The notes below the pieces were generated by a model. The model saw only the letters and a program-made list of their open reading frames with translations. It searched no databases and was not told the origin of the DNA. Positions 23,450 to 31,303 of a stretch of 35,619 nt of DNA are shown piece after piece. A program made the translations under genes and the position numbers. The DNA is taken from IMG/VR virus record IMGVR_UViG_3300045988_023336, positions 1 through 35,619 of that record, one strand, 5' to 3'. Positions within the stretch are counted from its first letter, which is position 1. Each line of letters begins with the position of its first letter. The DNA is from a virus.

Positions 23450-24819
23450 AATCTATATTTTTTAATTAGTTCTTTAACCATATTCATTAAACCGTTCTGC
23501 GTGTCCGCTTTCCCGGTCAACGCTCCAATAACCCGCTCGTCAATTGTACCCCGCGTAATGATGTGATGGACAAACACACTATTCTTTTGTCCCTGCCTCC
23601 ATAGCCGGGCGTTGAACTGTTGGTATAACTCCAAGCTCCAAGTAGTACCGTACCATATTATACGGTTGCCGCCCTTCTGCATGTTCAGCCCGTGCCCCGC
23701 GCTGGCCGGGTGCGTCACTAAGACGGATATCTTTCCCTCGTTCCACCTGCGTACGCTCTCCACGCCTTCAAGGGCTTCCGCCCCAAGGCCCCTTAGAGCC
23801 TTTAGTATGCGCGCCTTCTCGTGTTGGAAGTTGTAAGCAACCAGTACTGGTGCACCGTTCGCGGCTTCTATCATCTCTACCAACGTCTCTAGCTTCTCGT
23901 CGTGCACGGTGTGTATGTTCCGGTCTGCGTCATAGATCGCACCCCCGGCGAACTGTAACAGTTTGTTTGATAAGGCGGCGGCGCTTAACGCTGTGATTTC
24001 TTCTTCCTGCATAAGCTCTAGTACTTGATCCTCTTCAAACTTGTCGTACTGCTTCTTCACCTTTGGCGATAACTCTACGTAGTTGTTGAGGTATGTAAGT
24101 TCCGGCATATCCAGGAAATCAAGCGCTTTCATCGATAACGTTATGTCGGCTATCTTTTCGCCTAATACCGCCTCGGTCGTTGCAAGCGGTTTGTACTCGT
24201 ACACTATGCCCCCGTTCTGCGCGCCCGGTCTGAAATAGTTGGCTCGGTAATCGGTGATCGTCTTCCCAAGCCTTTGCCCGCCATCGACTAAATACATTTG
24301 CGCCCATAGGTCAATAAGTCCGTTTGGCGCAGGCGTTCCCGTCAGACCCACCACCCGGCTAACACTTCGGCGTATGATCTTTGCAGCTTTAAAGCGTTTA
24401 GACTGATGGTTTTTGAAACTGCTTAACTCGTCTAGTACCAACATGTCGTAGGGAACTTTAGAACCCCCCCACATTTGAAGAAGCCATACGAGATTGTCCC
24501 GGCTCACGGTATAAACGTCAGCGTCTGCTCGTGCGGCGATCTCGCGTTGCTTCGCCGTGCCTTTAATGACTGACAAACGTAGGTGTCTAATATGCGCCCA
24601 GTTCTCGATCTCGTCACCCCAAGTCATTTCGGCGACGCGCTTTGGCGCTACTATCAACACCTTAGTTACTTCGAACTCGTTTATAAGATCGGCTACGGCT
24701 GTTAGCGTACTAACCGTCTTTCCTAGTCCCATATCGAGGAACAGAGCCGCGTCGGGGTGATCCTTGATGTGCTGGACGGCGGTACGCTGATAGCCGTGTA
24801 AATTACTCCTCTGTAACAT
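23446..24819 (-). CDS. SNF2/DEAD-like helicase (457 aa)
   Basis: LHGYQ (Q motif), motif I LDMGLGKT, motif II LVLDELS, motif III LTGTP, and a C-terminal helicase domain (HPASAGHGLNMQ, RLWRQGQ). Confidence 0.85.
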   Translation of the reverse strand: MLQRSNLHGYQRTAVQHIKDHPDAALFLDMGLGKTVSTLTAVADLINEFEVTKVLIVAPKRVAEMTWGDEIENWAHIRHLRLSVIKGTAKQREIAARADADVYTVSRDNLVWLLQMWGGSKVPYDMLVLDELSSFKNHQSKRFKAAKIIRRSVSRVVGLTGTPAPNGLIDLWAQMYLVDGGQRLGKTITDYRANYFRPGAQNGGIVYEYKPLATTEAVLGEKIADITLSMKALDFLDMPELTYLNNYVELSPKVKKQYDKFEEDQVLELMQEEEITALSAAALSNKLLQFAGGAIYDADRNIHTVHDEKLETLVEMIEAANGAPVLVAYNFQHEKARILKALRGLGAEALEGVESVRRWNEGKISVLVTHPASAGHGLNMQKGGNRIIWYGTTWSLELYQQFNARLWRQGQKNSVFVHHIITRGTIDERVIGALTGKADTQNGLMNMVKELIKKYRL

Positions 24820-25021
24820 TGATAGCCATTAATTTAAATATAACGTTCTTTCCGTCCTCCCTGTTATCCGCGTCACACTGAAGCTCGGGGATATTAACCG
24901 CTGTACACTGTGGTGTGTTCATGTCCCACCCGACAGTATAAAATATGCAACCCTTGCACGCTACGTTCTCGTCTACTTCCACCGCGGCGTATGTACGCCT
25001 GCCTACTCTTATTGTTTTCAT
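24803..25021 (-). CDS. 72-aa Cys-rich small protein, paralogue of 23019..23222
   Basis: The start at 25021 gives an ATGA overlap with the upstream stop. MKTIRVGRRTYAAVEVDENVACKGCIFY...C...C.D...NVIFKLM. Confidence 0.55.
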   Translation of the reverse strand: MKTIRVGRRTYAAVEVDENVACKGCIFYTVGWDMNTPQCTAVNIPELQCDADNREDGKNVIFKLMAINVTEE

Positions 25022-25446
25022 AACCCTAAATCTTTTTTGTACATCATATCGTAAATATCGTCTAGCGTATACCGTTCCGGGAAACATTTAAGTACTTCCG
25101 CTATAACGTCCAGAATATCGGGAAACTTTGATTTGATCCCTAACAAGTCCTTCAGGGCTTCACCACGGTTAGCGTTAAACACTTCTTCCTTGTAAACCTC
25201 GGCCACTGCGTCCGCTCCTTCGAATACCGCGCCCTCACCTTTATGAAGTTCCCGGCGGCTGTACTCCCTGCGTAGTATCACGTCCGGCACTTCTGATATT
25301 AAGTACTGTTGCAGGTTCTCGGGTAACTGTTTGATAGCGTCCCCAATCGCGTAGCCCTCGGCGGGCGTTCCGTTCGCCATCTTCGTAACCACATCACAAA
25401 ATAGATTGATGCGGTCTATCTTTAGTTTCTTATTGAAATCTACCAT
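25018..25446 (-). CDS. Hypothetical 142-aa protein
   Basis: Track ORF. No motif recognised. Confidence 0.55.
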   Translation of the reverse strand: MVDFNKKLKIDRINLFCDVVTKMANGTPAEGYAIGDAIKQLPENLQQYLISEVPDVILRREYSRRELHKGEGAVFEGADAVAEVYKEEVFNANRGEALKDLLGIKSKFPDILDVIAEVLKCFPERYTLDDIYDMMYKKDLGL

Positions 25447-25448
25447 AA

Positions 25449-25874
25449 TTAAATATCTCCTTCTATTATAATCAGTTCGTCAAGTCCCACCGTTATCGCT
25501 TTATACCCTTGCCAGTTAACCGCGGCAAACGGTGCGTTGCATGATACCTCTACCGTTCCGTCGGCATTGTCAGCCAGAAACCAGCAAGAAAAAATATCCC
25601 CGTTACGCTCTACGGCCAGCTCCGAGTTAGGTAGGATCATCAGCAGTTCGTCGCTTAAATTGTTCTCCGTGAAGTGACGGCCGAAACGTTTGCTGCGTTC
25701 AGTCATTACCAGGTGATAGCCTCCGTTATACAGGAACGCGTTCAGTTCCTTGACGGTGCCCACGCTCTTTGACTCCCTGCGGCCTGCGTTCCGTACCTGT
25801 GATAACCTTATACGTCCGTTAGGTATTTTAGATACTTCCAGGATCTCACCGCTATTGCTTCTATATATTTCCAT
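25449..25874 (-). CDS. Hypothetical 141-aa protein
   Basis: Track ORF. No motif recognised. Confidence 0.55.
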   Translation of the reverse strand: MEIYRSNSGEILEVSKIPNGRIRLSQVRNAGRRESKSVGTVKELNAFLYNGGYHLVMTERSKRFGRHFTENNLSDELLMILPNSELAVERNGDIFSCWFLADNADGTVEVSCNAPFAAVNWQGYKAITVGLDELIIIEGDI

Positions 25875-25878
25875 GATC

Positions 25879-26310
25879 TTATTTATTATTGGTTATTGCT
25901 TCCGCCATCTTCTTAAGCTCGTTGCGTGAGATGTTAACGGTGAACTGGTTGCCCGGGCTGAATATCTGCCATACGCCTGCCATCTTCGGGAAACGCGCAG
26001 TGTGATCCCCTGGGTTGTTTAGGTGCACTATCTCGTTGCTACTTGACGGTTTGTACTCTGCAAGACTTAAGAGCGTCTTAACCGCTGCGTCCGCGTCGCC
26101 TAGATCGATGTCCATCTCTAGGGAACTTGTCCCAGCTAGCTGCCCGGTGATCTGATAGGTTACCGCGTCGCCCTTCGTGACTTCCACGATCTTACATGTT
26201 CCCAGGCGGAAAGACTTAAGCGTTTTTAAACTGCCTGATGCGGTTGATACTTGCGCCATTGCGCTAACTGATAACAAAACTACTGCTAAAATACTGATTA
26301 ACTTTTTCAT
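25879..26310 (-). CDS. Secreted 143-aa protein with a cleavable signal peptide
   Basis: MKKLISILAVVLLSVSAMA-QVST is a classical n-h-c signal peptide with an AxA site and no lipobox Cys. The gene is preceded by the conserved hairpin element. Confidence 0.65.
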   Translation of the reverse strand: MKKLISILAVVLLSVSAMAQVSTASGSLKTLKSFRLGTCKIVEVTKGDAVTYQITGQLAGTSSLEMDIDLGDADAAVKTLLSLAEYKPSSSNEIVHLNNPGDHTARFPKMAGVWQIFSPGNQFTVNISRNELKKMAEAITNNK

Positions 26311-26353
26311 ATCTTTTGGGTGTTGTGGGCGGTGTTACCCGCCCGGGTTAATT
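26311..26353 (-). promoter_or_regulatory. Conserved intergenic element 1: 6-bp GC hairpin (26327-26344) plus a conserved 16-nt pre-ATG tract
   Basis: Plus-strand GGGCGG tgttac CCGCCC. 35/40 positions match 28453-28492. Four of the five differences are two compensatory base-pair flips in the stem. Confidence 0.7.
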
Positions 26354-26770
26354 TTATAATGTTATGTCTATTCTGCAATTATTGCCAGATTTGGTGCTAG
26401 TCACATGCCCAGATAATTCGGGGAATCTGGATACTATATCCTCGGCAGTGGAGAGTATAATCACATTGTCGGTAGTTCCCGCCGTTCTTTTCAGCCAATC
26501 GTATTGCGCGCTGGTTTGTGGAAACAATGTGCGGGTATCGTGTGAGTGGCTTCTAGGCTCGTAACGTACTACTAAACCTTGTTGCGCTAACTTATTGCCT
26601 AATTCAATTACTTCTGATTTGCTAAACTTTTTCACAGCCTTTGTCATAGCCTTTGTTATAGATACCTCTAGGATCGCGCTTTGAAACTCTTTGCGCTCTT
26701 CGCTATTCATTAGGTTCTTATACTTTTTGAAATAGTCTCTCATTCCGTTTTTAAGTTCTTCCAGTGTCAT
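26354..26770 (-). CDS. Hypothetical 138-aa protein, first gene of cassette 1
   Basis: Track ORF. It is preceded by a leader about 90% identical to the one upstream of 28493..28717. Confidence 0.6.
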   Translation of the reverse strand: MTLEELKNGMRDYFKKYKNLMNSEERKEFQSAILEVSITKAMTKAVKKFSKSEVIELGNKLAQQGLVVRYEPRSHSHDTRTLFPQTSAQYDWLKRTAGTTDNVIILSTAEDIVSRFPELSGHVTSTKSGNNCRIDITL

Positions 26771-26810
26771 ACTCTTTAATTTTTAATTGGTTTATTTCCT
26801 TTTGACATTT

Positions 26811-26841
26811 CAAAGATACGGGTTCTTTTCATACTACCAAA
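26811..26841 (-). promoter_or_regulatory. Early promoter P2 (-7 TATCTTTG, -33 TTTG, 19-nt spacer)
   Basis: Plus-strand caaagata at 26811-26818 and caaa at 26838-26841. The -7 box and the ~40-nt leader are nearly identical to P3. Confidence 0.6.
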
Positions 26842-26886
26842 ATATAGGGTAAACTCTTAACTTTGATTTGCATTAAACGCTCTTAG

Positions 26887-27195
26887 TTAACGCCCGTTAA
26901 CATAAAAGTCTATTAATTCCTTCAAATCGTCGTACTCGTCAGGGTTCGACACTACTCGTACATTAAAGTCTAGCGCGGCAATCCGATCGAGTATAACACG
27001 CTGTATCGGTCTGGGCCTGCAGCCCGTAGACTTGAACTCAACAAAGATAACCGTACCGCCCGGTAACAAGTACATTCGATCCGGCAAACCATTAATAAAT
27101 TGGGATAGCAGTTTAACCGCCATCCCTCCTCTACTCTCTACGTACTTAGACATAGTACGCTCGAATACCTTTTCGCTAGTTTCCGTTGACTTCAT
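26887..27195 (-). CDS. VRR-NUC domain nuclease (102 aa)
   Basis: GLPDRMYLLPGGTVIFVEFKSTG matches the PD...(D/E)xK core (G.PD....... .E.K) of VRR-NUC proteins. The context (PolA/VirE/SNF2 module) is typical. Confidence 0.75.
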   Translation of the reverse strand: MKSTETSEKVFERTMSKYVESRGGMAVKLLSQFINGLPDRMYLLPGGTVIFVEFKSTGCRPRPIQRVILDRIAALDFNVRVVSNPDEYDDLKELIDFYVNGR

Positions 27196-27445
27196 CCGAT
27201 GGTATATTAATGTTCATTGTCGAACTGTTGGCCACTTTACACGCTTTCCGTAGCGCTACGTAATTCTTCCGGGCCGTGGTTGCTTCCGTCCATGTCAGAT
27301 GGGTACACCCTAATACGTCATCCCAAACGTCCTCTGCCTTGTCATACACTTGCAGCTTATACATACCGCAAAAATACCCTACACTCTTATCCGGCGTTAT
27401 CCGGGTTGCTCCATCGCGCGATTTTAATTTCTTCTTGTTACTCAT
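27176..27445 (-). CDS. Hypothetical 89-aa protein (start moved to the ATG at 27445)
   Basis: The internal start MSNKKKLKSRDG lies 2 nt after the upstream stop. The track N-terminal extension overlaps 27448..27888. Confidence 0.5.
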   Translation of the reverse strand: MSNKKKLKSRDGATRITPDKSVGYFCGMYKLQVYDKAEDVWDDVLGCTHLTWTEATTARKNYVALRKACKVANSSTMNINIPSDEVNGN

Positions 27446-27447
27446 TG

Positions 27448-27888
27448 TTATATGTTTTTTAATTCTTCCGAAATTATCCAGGCCTCCATCACCGAGCACC
27501 TACGGTCCAAAAAATCCGGCGTTCTGTGATCCCCAAACATTTGGCGCATCACGTATTTATAATCCTCTAAGCTGTTCCAGCAGTCAGGCCTGAAGGGACT
27601 CTCCTTAAACATTACAATAAAACATCTATCAGATGTTACTCTCCACGCGTCGGAATGATTCAGCATCCATTCGAAAATAACGTCTAATTGATTCCGCGTG
27701 AGACGCAAACCACCATCTCCCAACACCAACAAAATAAGGTTACGGGAAACTTTTCCCTCTCTTAAGTCCTGTGTAATTTTGGCCTTTAAGCCTTGTTCTG
27801 TACTTTCCATACTGTAAAATTTTATAAGTTTAATTGGATAATACACGGCGATCGCGATAAGCGCCACCGCTAATATAATATACATCAT
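27448..27888 (-). CDS. Membrane-anchored 146-aa protein
   Basis: N-terminal TM segment MMYIILAVALIAIAVYYPI. ATGA overlap with the upstream gene. Confidence 0.55.
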   Translation of the reverse strand: MMYIILAVALIAIAVYYPIKLIKFYSMESTEQGLKAKITQDLREGKVSRNLILLVLGDGGLRLTRNQLDVIFEWMLNHSDAWRVTSDRCFIVMFKESPFRPDCWNSLEDYKYVMRQMFGDHRTPDFLDRRCSVMEAWIISEELKNI

Positions 27889-28079
27889 TCCTCTGTTACA
27901 TAAGTTAGATTAACCCGCTTAACCGTAAATCCCGCTAGGGTCTGACACTCGGCGATATACCGCCGTTCCGCCTCTATGTCCGTTACGACATACGCACCTA
28001 AACTATCCTGGACTTCTGCATAGTCCTGTACTATAACGCCGCCCGTCGTTATAATCACCGCTCTCAATATCTGTATCAT
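27885..28079 (-). CDS. Hypothetical 64-aa protein
   Basis: Track ORF. Its ATG overlaps the stop of the 28-aa micro-ORF. Confidence 0.5.
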   Translation of the reverse strand: MIQILRAVIITTGGVIVQDYAEVQDSLGAYVVTDIEAERRYIAECQTLAGFTVKRVNLTYVTEE

Positions 28080-28162
28080 ACGCTAGTTGTTGGCTCGCAG
28101 CACAATAAGATGAATAATACAAATAGGATCGCCCAAAACGTGTAAACTACAAATTGTTTCAT
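28076..28162 (-). CDS. Unannotated 28-aa hydrophobic micro-ORF
   Basis: MKQFVVYTFWAILFVLFILLCCEPTTSV. The ATG lies 2 nt after the upstream stop, and its TGA overlaps the next ATG (GTATGA). Confidence 0.45.
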   Translation of the reverse strand: MKQFVVYTFWAILFVLFILLCCEPTTSV

Positions 28163-28164
28163 AA

Positions 28165-28452
28165 CTAAAATATTTTAAAGGTTGATATTGCGTGATTAAA
28201 ATCTGATTCGCTAGCGCGCCACACTGTGTACATAGCGTACGTGAAGCGTTCACCCGACCCTAGTTTAGCGCGAATTTCCTTAACTTCTTCAAGGGAAGAA
28301 AAGGTTTTCAGTGCCTTAACTAGTTTCTGCATTTTCAGAGACCGGCTTTCGATCTGTTTCCTTGTGGGTTCTCCGAAGAACCCTTTCTTGTTCCAAAAGC
28401 GGCGGCGGGCTTTTAAATCCGCCTCGCTTAGTTCTCCTGTATTCTGTTTCAT
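28165..28452 (-). CDS. Hypothetical basic 95-aa protein, second gene of cassette 2
   Basis: Track ORF. It is preceded by conserved hairpin element 2. Confidence 0.55.
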   Translation of the reverse strand: MKQNTGELSEADLKARRRFWNKKGFFGEPTRKQIESRSLKMQKLVKALKTFSSLEEVKEIRAKLGSGERFTYAMYTVWRASESDFNHAISTFKIF

Positions 28453-28492
28453 ATCTTTTGAGTGTTGTGGCGGGTGTTACCCCGCCGGGTTA
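28453..28492 (-). promoter_or_regulatory. Conserved intergenic element 2: 6-bp GC hairpin (28469-28486) plus a conserved pre-ATG tract
   Basis: Plus-strand GGCGGG tgttac CCCGCC. This is the covarying partner of 26327-26344. Confidence 0.7.
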
Positions 28493-28717
28493 TTAATTTT
28501 TTAATGATTTGATTTGTCTTTCCAATAAACGCGCCCTACTAGCTTCATTATCTGCAAACTCATTTTGCCCTACGGACCTGTAATACTCGGCATTTTCTTT
28601 AGCGTTTTCAAGTGCTCTTTGTTTTTCCTGGATCATCTGTGATTTTTCGGAATTGTCATTTCTGATTATTACATCTTCTAGAGCGGTTCTTTTTGTTAAT
28701 TCGATAGTTGCTTTCAT
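28493..28717 (-). CDS. 74-aa coiled-coil protein, first gene of cassette 2 (start moved to the ATG at 28717)
   Basis: The track ORF starts at 28753, but its first 12 codons lie in the leader that is non-coding in cassette 1. The ATG at 28717 (MKATIELTK...) is collinear with the ATG at 26770. Confidence 0.55.
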   Translation of the reverse strand: MKATIELTKRTALEDVIIRNDNSEKSQMIQEKQRALENAKENAEYYRSVGQNEFADNEASRARLLERQIKSLKN

Positions 28718-28756
28718 GACTTTAATTTTTAAGTGGTTATTTCCTTTTGACATTTC

Positions 28757-28807
28757 AAAGATACGACTTAATTACGAACTACCAAAACTTTTCTCAAAAA
28801 ACTTTAG
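28757..28807 (-). promoter_or_regulatory. Early promoter P3 (-7 TATCTTTG, -33 TTTG, 18-nt spacer, shared upstream element)
   Basis: Plus-strand caaagata at 28757-28764 and caaa at 28783-28786. caaaaaactttag at 28795-28807 is identical to 913-925. Confidence 0.6.
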
Positions 28808-28822
28808 CATATTAACAAAAAT

Positions 28823-28852
28823 AAAGTCTCGCGTATCACTACGAAAGACTTT
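28823..28852 (-). terminator. Weak stem-loop downstream of the primase gene
   Basis: aaagtct (28823-28829) pairs with agacttt (28846-28852) around a 16-nt loop. On the minus-sense RNA it is followed by AUUUUUGUU. Confidence 0.25.
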
Positions 28853-28911
28853 TTAACTGAAAAACCACCCTAAAAGTATTAACCTTAAAAATTAGAAAAG
28901 AAAGTTTTGTA

Positions 28912-31302
28912 TCACAAAGATAGTAATTTTTTGCTTTCCTTGCTACCTTTACGGATATAAATTACTTGTCGGCCGTACAATTTAGTTCTATTTAACGTTC
29001 CTTTGTACCAGCCTCCTAACTGTCGCATAGCTGTTGCCAGTTCGCGTCCCTTCGCGCTTGTATAATCTTCTTTCCGGCGTCCCAGCGCATCTACCCAAAG
29101 CTCCATCAAACAGAACGTATTTTTTTGAACCGTCCCAACCTCTTCCAGCGATCCGGCCAGAAAGTCAGCGCGTTGTTGTTCGGTGCGGTCTTCATAGTCA
29201 GCCGGGAAAAGCGTATTTACATAGTTCTCTATAATACCTACTAGCGGGCTTTCTTCTGTAAATTCTTCGCGTCCCTCGTTTGCAATCGCTTCCGCTTCGT
29301 CCGATAAGATAAGGCTTTCACCCAACATGTACAGCTCCATTGCTTCCGCCCATAATTGGTCCACTACGTCCTCGAAAGACTTCTCGAACAGCTTGTGCGT
29401 GTTCTTGTTGGCGCGTACCTCGATCGGGAAGAAACGGCGGTTGCCGGTCTTGTCCTTCAAAAACTCATCGTCGTTTGTAGACCCGAAAAATACGCATTGT
29501 CGGCGGTGCGTTTTTACCCGGCGGGCGTATGCGCTACGATACGTATCTTCGCGCTTGCTTATGAAGTTCTTAGTAGCCTCCACGTCCGAACGGCGAAGGG
29601 CTGACAACTCGGCTAGCTCCACGATCCAGGCGTGTTGTATTGCTTCATACGCCTTTTGCCCGGACACGTCCGTTAACGAGTCATTGAACCAGCCTTTCGA
29701 AAGCGCCTGTATAAGCGTGGACTTTCCTGCGCCTTGTCCTGAATACATAACCAAAGCCGTATCGAATTTGCGGCCTGGCTCGTAAACTCTAGTAACGGCG
29801 GCAACCAGCATTTTGCGGAACGCCTCGGACACATAGATACTAGGCTCTGCTCCCATGTAGTCAACCAAGAAATTATCAATACGTTTCACGCCGTCCCATC
29901 TTAGTGCCTCTAGGTACTTCTTGATAGGGTGGAAAGCGTTATCGCTGCAAACCTTTTCCAGTGCATCAGTTAGTTTGCTGTCATTATAAATACCGTGCAA
30001 GTCCTCTATACGTCCACGGATAATTGCTACAGCTGTGTCATCCAACATATCACCCTTCTTTATGTCCTTCGAGAAGAACGGCGTACGGGTGTACACGATC
30101 GTGTCTAGAAACAAGTCATAAGCTAGCAGATCATTTAATAGTGGATCACACTTGAAAGCGTTAACGAAGTTGCGAACGGTACACAATTTATCACCTTTGC
30201 GATCTAAATCCCAAACAAGTTCGGCAGCGGTCTGCGCGTCGCTCTTAACAGCGTCCGCGTATTCTTCGAAGTCGGCTAGATCATCGTCCACGGCTACCAT
30301 ATCTTTAACGCACTCTTTATCGGCGCAAATTAGCTTGTTCATCTCGCGGGTACTGTCTTCCTTACCCAGGTGTCCAAACTTGTGCACACGTACCAAATCG
30401 TAGGCGTTATAAGCGTGTCCGTCTCCGATAGGGTCGGTTGAGTGGTGAGAAAAGCATAGTACGTCGTCATACACGACTAAACCAGCCGCACCCGATCCAA
30501 GCACGTACGTATAACGTCCGTTTTCCGCTTCTGTGTAAACGTCTGACAAGTATTTCTCTATTGCTGCCTGTATCGTATACGAGCGGCAAAACGCGCCTAC
30601 TAGGCCCTCTTTGTCTCTAGGGTCTTTCGCCATCTCTTTACTGATGATAGAACGGGTATCACGTTCTACTTCTGAATGGAATGCCCATTTGCGCACGTCG
30701 CGCCATTCTTCATTGTCTCCATACAAACCTACGAGATACTCCGCGCTGATCGGCTCGCCCTCAAACACTTCGAAAAGCCCAGTTTGATCCTTGGAAAGAG
30801 ATTGCCAGTACATCATACGCTCGGGCTGGAAGGTTGTTTTATCAAATAGATCGATACCTAACAACTCGGCTACTTTACGCGCTGCGGCTTCGTACATAGT
30901 AACGTCTGTAACCTCTTCCTTTAACGGCATGATAAGACGGTAACGGCGCGATCCGGGACGATCAGATCTGGTAGTATAAATAGCTGCCGCCACACCGGAA
31001 AAACGATCCGCAAAATCGAACGGGAATAAATCATCTCCGAAGTCTACATCTAATGTAATCATTGAACGGGACATAACAGCCTTCTTAAGGCGTTGCGCGC
31101 CAGACAACTCGCCAGCCATGAATCCGCCTACGTCCTTCAAAGACGATTTAGCGGGCTTGTCTAATTTATCGTACTCACGTACCGTTTCGTTGGTGATAAC
31201 GGGTGTTCCCAAGCGTTTTACAAAATCATCCCATGTGAGGCGCACCGCCTTCCATTTCAGAGACGCTGAAGAACCTGCAAGTGATAAGGTGTATTTTTCC
31301 AT
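28912..31302 (-). CDS. Primase/helicase with a VirE (virulence-associated protein E) P-loop domain (796 aa)
   Basis: HPIKKYLEALRWDGVKRIDNFLVDYMGAE...EPGRKFDTALVMYSGQGAGKSTL...NRRFFPIEV matches the conserved VirE/D5-like NTPase core with Walker A GQGAGKST. The start lies 1 nt after the polymerase stop. Confidence 0.85.
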   Translation of the reverse strand: MEKYTLSLAGSSASLKWKAVRLTWDDFVKRLGTPVITNETVREYDKLDKPAKSSLKDVGGFMAGELSGAQRLKKAVMSRSMITLDVDFGDDLFPFDFADRFSGVAAAIYTTRSDRPGSRRYRLIMPLKEEVTDVTMYEAAARKVAELLGIDLFDKTTFQPERMMYWQSLSKDQTGLFEVFEGEPISAEYLVGLYGDNEEWRDVRKWAFHSEVERDTRSIISKEMAKDPRDKEGLVGAFCRSYTIQAAIEKYLSDVYTEAENGRYTYVLGSGAAGLVVYDDVLCFSHHSTDPIGDGHAYNAYDLVRVHKFGHLGKEDSTREMNKLICADKECVKDMVAVDDDLADFEEYADAVKSDAQTAAELVWDLDRKGDKLCTVRNFVNAFKCDPLLNDLLAYDLFLDTIVYTRTPFFSKDIKKGDMLDDTAVAIIRGRIEDLHGIYNDSKLTDALEKVCSDNAFHPIKKYLEALRWDGVKRIDNFLVDYMGAEPSIYVSEAFRKMLVAAVTRVYEPGRKFDTALVMYSGQGAGKSTLIQALSKGWFNDSLTDVSGQKAYEAIQHAWIVELAELSALRRSDVEATKNFISKREDTYRSAYARRVKTHRRQCVFFGSTNDDEFLKDKTGNRRFFPIEVRANKNTHKLFEKSFEDVVDQLWAEAMELYMLGESLILSDEAEAIANEGREEFTEESPLVGIIENYVNTLFPADYEDRTEQQRADFLAGSLEEVGTVQKNTFCLMELWVDALGRRKEDYTSAKGRELATAMRQLGGWYKGTLNRTKLYGRQVIYIRKGSKESKKLLSL

Positions 31303-31303
31303 G

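Noticed and set aside
26327-26344. Reading the two GC hairpins (also 28469..28486) as ordinary rho-independent terminators
   Set aside because: On the sense (minus) RNA the stem is followed by ACAACACCC rather than a U-tract, and a gene starts 16 nt downstream. Only the antisense strand has a weak T-run.
26779-26811. Upstream micro-ORF MSKGNKPIKN in the cassette-1 leader (in frame with the main ORF in cassette 2, 28718..28753)
   Set aside because: Its ATG begins only 3 nt downstream of the -7 box, so it probably lies at or upstream of the transcription start. The reading frame is not conserved between the two copies, whereas the nucleotide sequence is.
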